Shown here piece by piece: positions 1 through 13,548 of a stretch of 64,000 nucleotides of DNA; positions within the stretch are counted from its first letter, which is position 1; each line of letters starts with the position of its first letter. The DNA is from Octopus vulgaris (Eukaryota), in NCBI GenBank assembly GCA_951406725.2, contig OX597822.1:31930001-31994000 (forward strand), given 5' to 3'. A program made the position numbers and the translations under genes. Under the pieces are notes generated by a model. The model did not search any database. It was not told the origin of the DNA and saw only the letters and a program-made list of their open reading frames with translations.

Positions 1-33
1 GGTAGACGGAAACTAGAAGAAGCCCACCTTATT

Positions 34-81
<48 letters not shown>

Positions 82-680
82 TGTATGTATGTATGTATGT
101 ATGCATGTATGTGTGTGTGTATGTGTGTGTGAGTGTGTGTGTTTGTGTGTGTGCATGATCCCCTCCCCCAGCAATTGACAACCAGAGTTGATTTGGTTAC
201 GTCCCCGTAGCTTAACGGTTCCGGTAAAATAGACAGACAGAATAAGTATCAAGAAAGTCAGTACAGTAATCGCTCAACTATCGCGGGTGTTACGTTCCAA
301 AAAAACCCGCGATAAGTGAAAATCCGCGAAATAGTAACAGTACTGAACTATATATTTTTTTATTATTTTATTAATTTGTATATACTCATTTTATTTCGTT
401 TTTATATTTGTATAAATAAGTAAATCAGTGGAAATCGGTGAGTGTGTTAAATTAATAAGACACTAAAAGAGAATGACTCTCCCCAGACACAATAAAATTT
501 AATTTTATTGTAAATTCAAAACAACACCACAGAGGAATCGACGTAAGCTTAAATAATAAACCGCGATTGGTGAACCGCGATATGGCGAGGGATTAGTGTA
601 CTGGTCTCGATTCGCTTGACTAAACCCATCAAGGTGGTGCTCCTGCATGGCCATGTTTCAATGGCTGAAACAAGTAAACG
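1..680 (+). mobile_element. SINE family A, 5'-truncated by the window edge and interrupted by a MITE
   Basis: Family A blocks ggtagacggaaact..gaagccc, internal (TA)/(TG)n, ttgacaacc..., and 3' ggtggtgctcc..catggcc..gaaacaagtaaa; the SINE resumes after position 600. Confidence 0.75.
264..598. mobile_element. Tc1/mariner-type (pogo/Tigger-like) MITE
   Basis: TIRs cagtaatcgctcaactatcgcgg / ccgcgatatggcgagggattagtg; TA on both sides (262-263, 599-600); no ORF. Confidence 0.8.
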
Positions 681-1146
681 ATGTTTGTGTACATGTAAAC
701 ATGTTCGCACAGACACATATATTACTGCTCGTTTTTATTCCATGTCATAAAAAACCCAAACAACTCAACATTAGGCAGAAGGATTACTCAATACAATTTG
801 GAGGAGTACGTGTAGTGATAGTGACTTCGATGTTTTGGCTTGCTAGTCTTTTTCAAGCTTTCAGAAAAAAAAAAAAAATTCAGTAATCGTTACCTTTCTG
901 ATTCAAAAAGTGTAATGCATATATGTATGCTTGTACTTGGGAGTGTGTGCTTGGATGAATATACACACGCAAACACACTAACACACACATTTATCTATAT
1001 GTGTTATTCGTTGTATAAAATGGTGTATATTTTTCGGTAGAGAGGTCTGTACTGCGAAGTTTTATATCGTTGCTGTTATGTTAAATTGTCGTATGTCCAA
1101 ATTTAACCAAATCGGGTTTTGTTTTTTTCAATATTTACTCTTGCTA

Positions 1147-2170
1147 GGGCGGCGAGCTGGCAGAAACGTTAGCACGCCGGGCAAAATGCGTAGCCGTATT
1201 TCGTCTGCCGTTTCGTTCTGAGTTCAAATTCTGCCGAGGTCGACTTTGCCTTTCATCCTTTCAGGGTCGATAAATTAAGTACCAGTTACACACTCCATGT
1301 AATCCATGTAATCGACTTAATCTGTTTGTCTGTCCTTGTTTGTGCCCTCTGTGTTTAGCCCCTTCTGGGTAGTAAAGAAATAGGTATTTCATCTGCCTGA
1401 CGTTCTGAGTTCAAATTCCGCCAAGGTCGACTTTGCCTTTCATCCATTCGGGGTCGATAAATTAAGTACCAGTTATGTACTGGGGTCGATATAACCGACA
1501 TAATCCGTTTGTGTATTCTTGTGTCCCCTCTATGTTTAGCCCATTGTGGGCAATAAAGAAATAAGAAACGTTAGCACGCCGAGCGAAATACTTAGCGGTA
1601 TTTCGTCTGCCGCTACGTTCTGAGTTCAAATTCCGCCGAGGTCGACTTTCATCCATTCGGGGTCGATTAAATAAGTACCAGTAACGCACTGGGGTCGATA
1701 TAATCGACTTAATCCGTTTGTCTATCCTTGTTTGTCTATCCTCTCTGTGTTTAGCCCCTTGTGGGTAGTAAAGAAATAGGTATTTCGTCTGTCTTTACAT
1801 TCTGATTTCAAATTCCGCGGAGGTCGACTTTGCCATTCATCCTTTCAGATTTGATAAATTAAATACCAGTTGCGTACTGGAATCGATCTAATCGACTGGT
1901 CCCCTACCCCAAAATTTCGGGCCTTGTGCCTAGAGTAGAAAAGAATAATTATTCTTGCTTAAGGCGGCGAGCTGAAAAAAACGTTAGCACGCTGGGCGAA
2001 ATGCTTAGCGGTATTTCGTCTGTCTTTACATTCTGAGTTCAAATTCCGCCGAAGTCGACTTTGCCTTTCATCCTTTCGGAGTTTATAAATTAAATACCAG
2101 TTGCGTACTTGAATCGATCTAATCGACTTGCCCCCCTCCCCCAAAAATTTTGGGCCTTGTGCCTAGAGTA
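1147..2170 (+). mobile_element. Head-to-tail cluster of about 5 full or partial SINE family B units
   Basis: Repeated ggcggcgagctggcagaaacgttagc / gagttcaaattccgccgaggtcgactttgcctttcatcctttcggggtcgataaattaagtaccag; B-box-like gagttcaaattc. Confidence 0.85.
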
Positions 2171-3639
2171 CAAAAAATATTTATTCTTGCTTGTAATAGC
2201 CGGTTATTTTGGTCGAACTATCGTATCTCCAGCTGCTTCAGATGCCAAAATATCAAAAATTAACGAAGTGAAGTCCACCGGTTTTGTTATGGAATAGTGA
2301 AACTATTTTATCGTTTTCTGTAAAAGCAACTTTTTGGACTTACGACACTTTTCCACAATAGCAACGATATATATTGTATATTCCTGTATGGTTATTGAGG
2401 CATAGAGTTCAAGCGAGCGCACTTCTCTGTGTGTCTCAGGGAATGGCATTGAGCATTTTGGGGATCATTATTTGTGCTTGAGATCATGGCCGCCCTACAT
2501 TCCTGAACCTGCGACATATATTGGCACCGGATATCCTGCCCTGGCTTATCGTTGGATAATGTCAATAGGGTAAAGAACATCTGTGCGTTAATGCGCAAGC
2601 CTTAATGGACATAAAAATTTTGGTTGTGCAGTCACTGGTGAGGCAGCTAACCGATATCCGGTCGTATACGTGGGCGCCTCGGAGGGCATGGAGACTGTGA
2701 ACGCAAGCCTGGGTGAATCTGACTGCTTTTGCAATGACCTCATATACAGGTATTGCAGGCATTTTGCACGGACAGTAGTCAGTGAAAGTCTTCCTCGGTC
2801 ACTAGAGGGCAACCATCATATATATGACATAGTTCATCCGAAATCAAGAAGAGCCTAAATTATTATCCTATCAAAATAGTTTACCAATGAAAAAAATCGT
2901 GCAATGTCAATATATATGATGATACAACCAATAAAACCACCATAAGCTATGGATCCTTTACAAAGTTTAACTTTACAAGAAGAAAGGGCTACTCGGGATA
3001 GCAAGACTCCTAGATAGGAAATATTAACAGAAAAACAAGCATGTCAAACACATATTCCCATCGTCAGCTGCCTAACAGATATCACTTTCATTTCCATACC
3101 TGGCCTCTACTATTCAGTCCGTTAGCGTCAACAGCGTTGAAATCATAAACGCTGTCTGGGAATCAAGAGAGGAGTTGCAAGTGCGAAACGTTAGCGTTGT
3201 ATGTCCTTTACATCTACACATCCCCTCCTCACCGTGGTGGGGACGCTGGCAACAGGCAGTGTCAGAGCTATGCCGTCGGGACCAAGGCGGATTGGTCTGA
3301 CACCGAGTGGTATTAAGGACACAACCCGGCAGACGGGGCTCTGGTGAAAATCCTCGGAATGTATGTTTCGGCAACCGGCGGCTCCTCGGTCGTTCTGTCC
3401 CTGCGTCTGCGGACAATCTGCGGCAAACAGGATGTCTCTACATGCGGGATTGTTGGGTACCGCTTGTGAAATCCACATATTCCCACGAAACTTCTTCCAT
3501 GGTAGAAGAAGCCGACTCAACCCGCCCAGGGTGAATGTCGCCACAAGTACAGGTAAGTATACTTATTATTAGAAATACCACTTAAGACTGTGAGCTTGAA
3601 GGATCGTTAGCACGACCCAGAAGAACTAGAGGAAAAGAT

Positions 3640-4070
3640 CACGAGAGCGGCAGATATGTATTTCAACGTAGGTGCAGCCTATCAGTGTCGCGTAGTCGTA
3701 TTACTTCCGAATGGGAATCGTATCCGATTGTCTGATGAATATACTGATAGTAGGTAAGCTATCAACTGGTTTGCAATCTCGGAGTGATTTGTTTCGCTTA
3801 ACTCTGAAGTATGCTGTGTGGTTTTTTAACACAATATGTCTTTAAAGGATCTTTCTTCCGAGAAAATCCCTTTAAAGACGTGTAAAGAAATCGCTTGAAA
3901 AGTAATCATAAGAGCGACAGATACGTATTTCTCATTAGTTGCAGCCTATCAATCTCAAGACTCGTGCTTGTTCCAAAACTAAATCGAATCCGATCGTCTG
4001 AAGAATATATAATGGTAGGGCGATTTCTTTCGCTTAGCTCTGAAGTATGTGGGGGGTTTTTAACACACTA
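3640..4070. repeat. Diverged tandem duplication, about 270-bp spacing
   Basis: agagcggcagatatgtatttc..tgcagcctatca..atccgattgtctgatgaatata..ctctgaagtatg recurs at about 3910-4070. Confidence 0.6.
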
Positions 4071-4084
4071 TGACTTGAACTATC

Positions 4085-4285
4085 CAAGAATTTGGACCTG
4101 GAGATTTTCATTTCCAGCGACTTCGAGAGCCACATCTTAGTGGTGTCGGGCGTCAACGAAGAGCCCTCGACTACAACAAGACGACCAAAGTTTTTTTTTC
4201 CAAGTTCTGGGGGTCTCCCGCTCCTAAGCTCTAGACCATCACCTAATCACCTTTACCCGCCTTGTTGCTTAACAACAACATCAAT
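4085..4285 (+). repeat. ~210-bp dispersed structured repeat ending in (AAC)n; second copy inverted at 49590-49795
   Basis: Clear reverse-complement match between the two loci. Confidence 0.8.
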
Positions 4286-4876
4286 ATGACTTGATAGGGG
4301 TTTTACACTAAAACATCGGGAACTTATAGCATTTAAACAACACACATATTTGGAGTATGCTGTACTGATAATGTACTTCTGTTTTATTTGATCGTAGGCC
4401 GGGGTTTCTTTCGTTAATGATGCCCAGCAGCTCGCAAGAATTCAGTTCATAAAACTTTTGTATTTATGCACATAATGTAGTTACCACAAACGCGAGGCAA
4501 AGGGGGTTGCTAAGCCGTTATATCAAATATACTTTAGCTGTGAGTATAATTCATACAAAGTGCTCCACCATCACCGATTATGAAATCTGAAAATCTCTAA
4601 TTCGATAGGAGCTATTATAAATATTTGATCCATTTTATTTTTCGAAAATTCATCTAGATGTATTTTCGAGTAAGCTTTTAGGAGAATGTTAGATAACAAC
4701 GAAATCAATAATATCAAATTTTCACACATGTATACACATTAAATGTAACATATGGAAGACAAAAAATATATTTATATACGTACATTAAAATAAGCGTATA
4801 TTCTTAATCGGACATGGACCTCTATTGCTTGCACCATTACTTTTCATTTGATTATATTATTTATATACATAGAAAC

Positions 4877-4925
<49 letters not shown>

Positions 4926-5105
4926 TATATATATATATATATTACATACATATGTATACTTCTGTGTGTGTATGAGTATGTCTATATGTGTGCGTGTGTA
5001 TGTGTGTTTGAGTGTTTATATACATACATATTATAAATTTGATAATTTGGAAACGAAATTATCGAGTTACATAAAATTACATCAGTGTATGTGTGCACGT
5101 GAAAG

Positions 5106-5177
<72 letters not shown>

Positions 5178-5482
5178 CTTTTTACAAATTCGCTGAAACG
5201 AAAATATAGCTATACTCAGTAGCACAGGATATGTATGGATAGAGTAGTGGATTATTTGTAGCTTCCCTAGATGAATACACACACACACACACATATATAT
5301 ATTAAATTTATAACTTAGGGTATATACGAGATAACGTCATGCTGAAAATAGCTGACAATGGCCGTATCTCGTAGATACCCTAAGTAATAATTTTAATAAT
5401 AATTATTAACTTTGAAGGTTTTTATTTTCATGCTAGCCACTTGATAAGATCGTTATTTAATTTAAATTGACGATCTTATCCT

Positions 5483-5560
<78 letters not shown>

Positions 5561-5724
5561 AGCTTAGAGAAGAAGAAGAAACGAAACGAAACCAAACGAA
5601 TCGACGCGAAGGCGCTCAGTCATACAATAGTGTAATAAATAAAATATATGCATACATACAAACATATATGTACGTACCTACATCTACATGTATATATACA
5701 TGCATATATAAACATATATACGTG

Positions 5725-5902
5725 TGTACAGGACACCACAAATAGACGTAGAACTCAACGAGAAACGAAAACGTAAAAACAGCATGGAACGGACCATTCC
5801 TTTAACAACGAAAAAACAGAGTACAAGACAACTACACAAGGAAAAATCCCCTTCATCAGCCGTCCCTAGATCAACTCCAGCGTGCTTCGAAGGTGAGGAC
5901 AA
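5725..5902 (-). mobile_element. Short retroelement remnant (Penelope-like pLTR type) with the 3' part of a permuted hammerhead motif; second copy at 38647-38819
   Basis: Matches 38647-38819; microsatellite flanks; minus strand reads ttgtcc..GAAG..ggacgg CTGATGA. Confidence 0.55.
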
Positions 5903-5911
5903 TATATATAT

Positions 5912-6130
5912 ATTTCTTTATTGCCCACAAGGGGCTAAACATAGAGGGGACAAACAAGGACAGACAAAGGGTTTAAGTCAATTACATCGACCCCAGAGCG
6001 TAACTGGTACTTAATTTATCGACCCCGAAAGGATGAAAGGCAAAGCCGACCTCGGCGGAATTTGAACTCAGAACGTAACTGCAGACGAAATACCGCAGAG
6101 CATTTCGCCCGGCGTGCTAACGTTTCTGCA
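5912..6130 (-). mobile_element. SINE family B
   Basis: Reverse complement of the family B consensus seen at 13318-13548. Confidence 0.85.
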
Positions 6131-6205
6131 CACAACCTAACATATTTACATTATGTGTGTGTGTGTGTAAATATATTTGTATATATTTACGTACAGACCG
6201 AGGAC

Positions 6206-6270
<65 letters not shown>

Positions 6271-6719
6271 GAAGTAAAGAGAAGGCATAATAGATCACCT
6301 ATTGTGATGAGCGAAATATGCTTGAGGTAAACGTATTTCGTCAGAAGTCTTAGTTTATTCAGCCATGTTTTGTTCTTGAAATGAAAACCACGACTAGATT
6401 AGCAAAGACGCGGTCTGATGCAATGCTTTAATAACAAGAGAACTTTACCAACAACAATTCGTGAGCATTTATTCGTATTATTGTATGCCTATACCTTTAT
6501 CACGCAACATACTTGTATCGTGTCCAGTATATGCTTGGTATTAGTAATATTTAAATATAGACACAGACGCATATACATATATATAGCTATGTATGCATAT
6601 GTGTGAGTACGAGTGTATATACCTAAACATATGTACAAACTTATATATATATATATGCACGCGCGCTGCGTTGCACATGTTTATATAGATGTGTGTGTGT
6701 GTTTGTGTGCATATATATT

Positions 6720-6752
<33 letters not shown>

Positions 6753-6957
6753 ATATGTGTATGTATATACATATGTATAATATGTATATACATACGTATT
6801 TATGCGTACATATATTTATGCATATATTGTATATATATATACATATTGCATATACATACATATATATATATATACATATTGCATATACATACATATATAT
6901 ATACATATATATATATATCTATACACACATATATATATACACACATATATATATACA

Positions 6958-6988
<31 letters not shown>

Positions 6989-7014
6989 CATATATATATA
7001 CATATATATATACG

Positions 7015-7057
<43 letters not shown>

Positions 7058-7198
7058 AATATATATGCATATTTATATACATACATATAGATATAGATAT
7101 ATATATATATACACATTTATATACATATGTACATATATACGCATACATATATTTAGCTATGTGCACACACATATATCAGCACACACACGCGTGCATAA

Positions 7199-7263
<65 letters not shown>

Positions 7264-7320
7264 CGAACTTTAGGTTAGTTTAAATATGTATGTGACATAT
7301 GTTAACTAACCTAAAGTTCG
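7264..7320. repeat. Hairpin with perfect 17-bp arms
   Basis: cgaactttaggttagtt ... aactaacctaaagttcg. Confidence 0.8.
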
Positions 7321-7479
7321 ACAATGCCTAAACACTGCTTGGCAGTGAGACTGCTCACTATTTCTCTCTCTGTGTTTGTGTGTGTGTGTGTCTATGCTGA
7401 CGAGCTGACGAAAAAACAACTCTGCACTGGACAGATCTAAGGGAACATACCTCTAATAAATATGAAAATGAAACTGCGG

Positions 7480-7610
7480 AAGATATCAATCTCCCCTTTA
7501 CTTTAAACAGACAGGAATTTCCTGTTATCAGACAATTTCAACTATCATTAAGTAATCCCGAGGTCAGTCCTTTGCTTATGTTGGTGCATACCTGACGTCT
7601 CCCCGCTTTT
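7480..7610 (+). pseudogene. Decayed Helitron PIF1-like helicase fragment
   Basis: Translates with a frameshift and a stop to LPFTLNRQEFPV...TIIK*SRGQSFAYVGAYL, matching the PIF1/Helitron motif LPFxFxRxQFPV..AxTINKSQGQSLxxVGxYL. Confidence 0.6.
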
Positions 7611-7662
7611 TTAAAACTTACTTTCGTTAGAACGCGAAATTGAAATAAAAGCTTGCTGCTCT

Positions 7663-7874
7663 TTACTCTTTTACTCTTTTACCTGTTTTAGTCATTTGAC
7701 TGCGGCCATGCTGGAGCACCGCCTTTAGTCGAGCAAATCGACCCGGGGACTTATTCTTTGTAAGCCCAGTACTTATTCTATGGGTTTCTTTTGCCGAACC
7801 GCTAAGTGACGGGGACGTAAACACACCAGCATCGGTTGTCAAGCAATGATAGGGGGACAAACACAGACACACAA

Positions 7875-7905
<31 letters not shown>

Positions 7906-8095
7906 TATATATATATATATATATATACATATATACGACAGGCTTCTTTCAGTTTCCGTCTACCAAATCCACTCACAAGGCATTGGTCGACCCGGGGCTA
8001 TAGCAGAAGACACTTGCCCAAGATGCCACGCAGTGGGACTGAACCTGGAACCATGTGGTTGATTAGCAAGCTACTTACCACACAGCCACTCCTGC
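7663..8095 (-). mobile_element. SINE family A, full length
   Basis: Reverse complement of caggagtggctgtgtggtaagtagcttgc...gaaacaagtaaaagagtaaaagag. Confidence 0.9.
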
Positions 8096-8371
8096 TAGTG
8101 GAGAAAAATAAAATTATGACCGCCGAAATCTTTTGAGGATTAAAATTTTCAATGAAAATGTTATAAGAAATTAATAATGAAATGGAATATCGCCAACATA
8201 ACCTCTGCGTGTGCAGCATTTTTTGTCCGATCATTCTTCTGGGATTAATTAAACTTCCGTTTTATTTACATCTAAAGCAAATATTGAATCGGAAGAAGTA
8301 TTATCTTTTCTTTTAGTCTGCTATTGTTTAATGCAAAGATTATCACAATATGTGTGTGTGTGTATATAAAT

Positions 8372-8535
8372 AAAAACAAAAGATGAAGACAGGTGGTGTA
8401 GAAAACAAACAGATGTATTAGTATAACGGTCGGGAATTGAAAAAGTCTTTTACGTTTTGAGCCAACGCTCTTCCACGGAAAGAAACGCAGAAAGAAACAA
8501 GGAGAGAGAAAAATGTGTGTAGCGGCTACCGATCT

Positions 8536-8540
<5 letters not shown>
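8372..8540 (-). mobile_element. Penelope-like pLTR remnant with a degenerate minimal hammerhead (8446-8483); second copy on + at 48002-48197
   Basis: The two copies match; TA-microsatellite flanks; stem II GAGC/GCTC. Confidence 0.55.
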
Positions 8541-8573
<33 letters not shown>

Positions 8574-9787
8574 TATTTATTTTAATTGTATTTTTTCTAT
8601 TATTATTATTATATAAATTTCCATAACTTTTAATGAGTTAAAGATATTTTCCATTACATTTCAGACATTCAGCACTGAGTTGCTGAAAAAAGAAATATCG
8701 TTATAGCTAGTATTCTGCTCAATACCACAAACTTGCTTGCCAGTTGCTTGACCTTAAACTCTTGAGCTTGTCCTTTAGTGATTGATAATACGTGCATCTC
8801 TGATCATAAGCAGGAGTATTCGGGAGCATCATAGCCATGTGTTGAGAAGGATTTTGAGGAGTTTGAATAAATGTAACAAAGGCAAAGTTTGAAAGAAATA
8901 TTAGCTATTTTTCATACTTTCTAAGGGTAAGCAAAGGGGAAATAACAGTTGCTATCCAAGGACAAAAAATGTATTAAACTGTATTGTCGATGAGAACTGA
9001 AGTGTCTAGAAATTTAGCAGGAACGGTTAAGATGGCAAAATTGAATTCAAAAGCGAGATGAAATGAATCAGCAATTGTCGAGTAGGAATATGATTGAAGA
9101 AGTGACTCTGATATCTTCGTCGATGTAACAACAGCAAAACTCTGGGTAGGTCCGGTAAATAGGGGTGATTAGCCTCAACGTGACTAGTGAACAGTTTCGT
9201 GCTGTTTAAACCGATCCTATCTCCCATAGGCACTCCTCAATGAAGATTTTGGTTATGTTGCCATAAATAATGCTACACTGTGTCATCCTTTTTGTTGTCC
9301 ATTCAAAGTGTGTTCATGACTGCGTCATCGCTTCTCAATAAAACTATCTCTTTCAGACACCAAAACACACCCATAAAATAGCAAACGAAACAGAATTTAT
9401 CAGCTTCAAAAAATAATAAATAAATATATAAAAAAAACTTGAATTATTTCTTGTTACTCTTCAACTTTTTTAGCATGTCATCAACTTTAAAGGAAACACA
9501 CTCGCACACTATTTTCTAAATCAGCATCTATGTATGTATATCGATGCACGCTGAATCCTCCTCCTCCTCCTCCTCATCATCATCATCATCATCATGACGT
9601 TTCGAGCATGGATTTTCGTTGGAAAGGGAGGAGATCCAGAAAGAAGGAGGGAGCAGATAATGTATATAAACACACACACGCACACAAACACACGCGCACA
9701 CACACACACACGCACACACACACACGCACACACACACACGCACACACACGCACACATGCACACGCACACGCACACACGCACACGCAC

Positions 9788-9854
<67 letters not shown>

Positions 9855-9959
9855 CGCACACGCACACACGCACACACACACACGCACACACACACACACA
9901 CGCACACACACATACTTTATAGATTACTTTTTATCGCTTCTGTGTCAATAAATGTTGTA

Positions 9960-10180
9960 ATTACTCCGAGAATGCCGGATAATCGTCTCCTAAAGATGTT
10001 CCTCTTTAGCGAGAACAAGACTGGAGGTAGGCTCCAAGGATACCCAAAACTATATTTTCATGATAATCTCAAGCGGTCACTCATCTTATGCTGTGTCCCT
10101 CTCAAACGATCGCAGGCCTTGGTAGTTAATCGGAAGAGATGAAGGATCATGTGTGACGCCGGAGTCGAGCGCTTACAAAC
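9960..10180 (+). pseudogene. RTE-clade LINE 3' ORF fragment
   Basis: RMPDNRLLKMFLFSE..GGRLQGYPKLYFHDNLKRSL fits the RTE C-terminal motif RMxDxRLPK..G.R..G.PK.R.KD.LK. Confidence 0.7.
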
Positions 10181-10215
10181 CGAACGACAGAGATTGCATG
10201 CAATTAAAAGGAAAT

Positions 10216-10655
10216 AAGCGCAGGAGTGGCTGTGTGGTAAGTAGCTTGTTTACCAACCACATGGCTCCGGGTTCAGTCCCACTGCGCGGCACCTTGGGCA
10301 AGTGTCTTCTACTATAGCCTTGAGCCGACCAAAGCCTTGTGAGTGGATTTGGTAGACGGGAACTGAAAGAAGCCCGTCGTATATATATATATATATATAC
10401 ATATATATATGCGTGCGTGTGTTTGTGTGTCTGTGTTTGTCTCCCTAGCATTGCTTGACAACCGATGCTGGTGTGTTTACGTCCCCGTTACTTAGCGGTT
10501 CGGCAAAAGAGACCAATAGAATAAGTACTGGGCTTACAAAAGAATAAGTCCCGGGGTCGATTTGCTCGATTAAAAGGCGGTGCTCCAGCATGGCCGCGGT
10601 CAAATGACTGAAACAAGTAAAAGAGTAAAAAGAGTAAAAGGGTAAAAGAGTAAAT
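10216..10655 (+). mobile_element. SINE family A, full length
   Basis: tRNA-like head (A box tggctgtgtgg, B box ggttcagtccc), internal microsatellite, (gtaaaaga)n tail. Confidence 0.9.
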
Positions 10656-10919
10656 GTCTTCATGAACACAATGTGGCTATTATTTCGTGGGGGTTATTCT
10701 AGTGCCCTCTGTGCCAAAGGATCTGTCTATTTCGTATCGGTCTTCTCAGTCATGTCGCTCCCATGAGAAGCAACGTGTTGGAGACAGAGAATGGTAGATG
10801 TTCTGGATCAATGCGGCCATCATCTGTGATAAGCAAGCAAAAGCCGGTAAATGGAGCACCACTCCAATACATTAGTAGATACATCACTTTCTCTCTCTCT
10901 CTCTCTTTCTTTGTCTCTT

Positions 10920-10968
<49 letters not shown>

Positions 10969-11442
10969 CTTTCTTTATTTCTTCAATCTTGCAGCGTTCA
11001 GAGCTAGAGAGGGATGGGTTTGCTTGTCCCAAACACAAATTTATACACATACACTTATTCACTTCATTCCATCTCGTTAATAAGACACACACACACACAC
11101 ACGCACACACACTCATACACACACACACACACACACGCGCGCGCGCACGCACGCAGATGATACAATTCCACACACCATACATTTACTCTCAGACATTTCA
11201 CAAGTACTTCTGTTCTCTGTTTATCTTATTTCCTATCTCCCTTCGTTCTCCCAACGCTCAGGCTGATACGGATAATCAACCCCGCTTCCTGCATCTCATC
11301 ATCACACACTATCTTCTCACTCCCTCACTTTTCTATTGTTTCCTCTTTTTCTATTTTTGTTTTCTTTGATTCTATACCTCCGCCCACAATATTTCTGTCT
11401 GGTCTCCCTCCCTCTCTCTCTCTCTCTTTGTATATATATATA

Positions 11443-11855
11443 TAGGCACAGGAGTGGCTGTGTGGTAAGTAGCTTGCTTACGAACCACATGGTTCCGGGT
11501 TCAGTCCCACTGCGTGGCATCTTGGGCAAGTGTTTTCTGCTATACCCCCGGGCCGACCAATGCCTTGTGAATGGATTTGTTAGACGGAAACTGAAAAAAG
11601 CCTGTCGTATATATGTATATATATATATATGTATATGTGTGTGTGCTTGTGTGTCTGTGTTTGTCCCCCTAGCATTGCTTGACAACCGATGCTGGTGTGT
11701 TTACGTCCCCGTCACTTAGCGGTTCGGCAAAAAAAGACCGATAGAATAAGTACTGGGCTTACAAAGAATAAGTCCCGGGGTCAATTTTTCGACTAAAGGC
11801 GGTGCTCCAGCATGGCCGCAGTCAAATGACTGAAACAAGTAAAAGAGTAAGAAGA
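11443..11855 (+). mobile_element. SINE family A, full length
   Basis: Same blocks as 10216-10655. Confidence 0.9.
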
Positions 11856-11856
11856 G

Positions 11857-11887
<31 letters not shown>

Positions 11888-12152
11888 CACTTTTTACTCT
11901 TTTCCTACATGCATACATGCATATGCACATGTACATCCATATAAACACAGACACAGAGAAACACATGCACACACCCACACATTCACAAACGTACATACAT
12001 ATGGATGATTGCCTTCCCCCTCTTCCTCTCTCTGTCTTTATCTACCTATCCATCCATCCATATATATACATATATATACTTCTAATATAGGATAACATTT
12101 TTTCCAAAAATTTCATCGAAGTCGCCAGAATATTAAAATACCTTTAAAAGTG

Positions 12153-12233
<81 letters not shown>

Positions 12234-12641
12234 GAGAGAGAGAGAGAGAAAGAAAGATAAATAGATCGATTGATAGATAGATAAAGAGGCAGAGAGAGTA
12301 GAGGGTGAAGGCATGACCTAGTGTTTTGGGTGTTGCGCTAACGATCACGTGATCGTGGCTTCAATTCCTGGTTCGTTGTGTAAAACATTTCACCTAACGT
12401 TGCTCTGCGATCATTTCGACAACTGACCTGTAGCACGCAGTGCAGCTTTTCAGGAAACGTCGATTTGTTGGACGATGTGAGCAAATGTGTGGCACATACT
12501 ATAAACCCTATTAACAAATCATTTGTGTAGGATGTTCGGCAAAAACTGAACTCTCATACACTGGGCTTCGTATATTTTACCCCAGTGTCACTTTCATGGC
12601 ATGCACTGCTCTCTCACACAATAATAATAATAATAATAATA

Positions 12642-12693
<52 letters not shown>

Positions 12694-12695
<2 letters not shown>

Positions 12696-12885
12696 TCAAC
12701 ATCGAAAAATACCTTAGGAATGAGAAATCAGGTTCAAAATTTCCCCAGGACACTTGATAAAGGCTGGAGGGTATATCAGCCGAAATGTTGTGTTAACAAC
12801 AAGCAAGATGAGGTCAAATATCCGTCAATTGTAAATAATGTAAATAATGTACATAATTGCTCATCTCTTAAATATAGAACTGTAT
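12694..12885 (+). mobile_element. (AAT)n-associated Penelope-like remnant with a degenerate minimal type I hammerhead (12749-12794); second copy at 28446-28592
   Basis: gacac TTGATAA a ggctg..cagcc GAAA tgtt gtgtt; both copies start directly after (AAT)n. Confidence 0.6.
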
Positions 12886-13186
12886 TTAAAAAAGCCCACG
12901 GGCATATGACGTAGTTTATTGTTATATGCATTTAATAACAGTGTGAGGTTGCTCCACATTACATGAAGTTTCGTTGGTGTAGAACGCATTCATATTTGCA
13001 GATGTTCAGCGTCACTGTAAAGAGAATTTACAGGATTCAAGTAAATCTTGGGTCTACTACAATTCACATAAATTCTGACGAGGGTGTCTTAGTTTTCGAG
13101 AAATGTTTTGTTTATGATAAATATTCCATGTTTTCAATAATATACCGATGGCTTTCAGATATATTATCCAACGCATACACACACAG

Positions 13187-13217
<31 letters not shown>

Positions 13218-13317
13218 TACGTACATACATATATATACACAGATATATACACACATACGTACATACATATATATACACAGATATATACACACATACATAT
13301 ATATACACACACACATA

Positions 13318-13548
13318 AGGCGGCGAGCTGGCAGAAACGTTAACACGCCGGGCGAAATGCTTAGCAGTATTTCGTCTCTCGCTACGTTCTGAGTTCAAAT
13401 TCCGCCGAGGTCGACTTTGCCTTTCATCCTTTCGGGGTCGATAAATAAAATACCAGTTACGCACTGGGGTCGATGTAATCTACTTAATCCCTTTTTCTGT
13501 CCTTGTTTGTCCCCTCTATGTTTAGCCCCTTGTGGGCAATAAAGAAAT
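13318..13548 (+). mobile_element. SINE family B, full length
   Basis: ggcggcgagctggcagaaacg...gccccttgtgggcaataaagaaata. Confidence 0.9.

Noticed and set aside
2390-2860. Overlapping short ORFs as a gene or LINE fragment
   Set aside because: No motif I could identify; left unannotated.
3100-3560. GC-richer segment ending in a good splice donor (CAG|gtaagt near 3552) as a host exon
   Set aside because: No recognisable peptide in any frame and no clear acceptor; needs RNA-seq or a homology search.
3725-3745. CTGATGA / CTGAAGA words in the 3640-4070 duplication, and CTGACGA..GAAA at about 7397-7413
   Set aside because: I could not build stems I and III in either the canonical or the permuted order.
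6689-7283. Long ORFs of YI/HT/CV/poly-N/poly-S/poly-T repeats (also 9521-10142, 33205-33622, 49292-50477, 50590-51213)
   Set aside because: Stop-free frames produced by di- and trinucleotide microsatellites; no protein signal.
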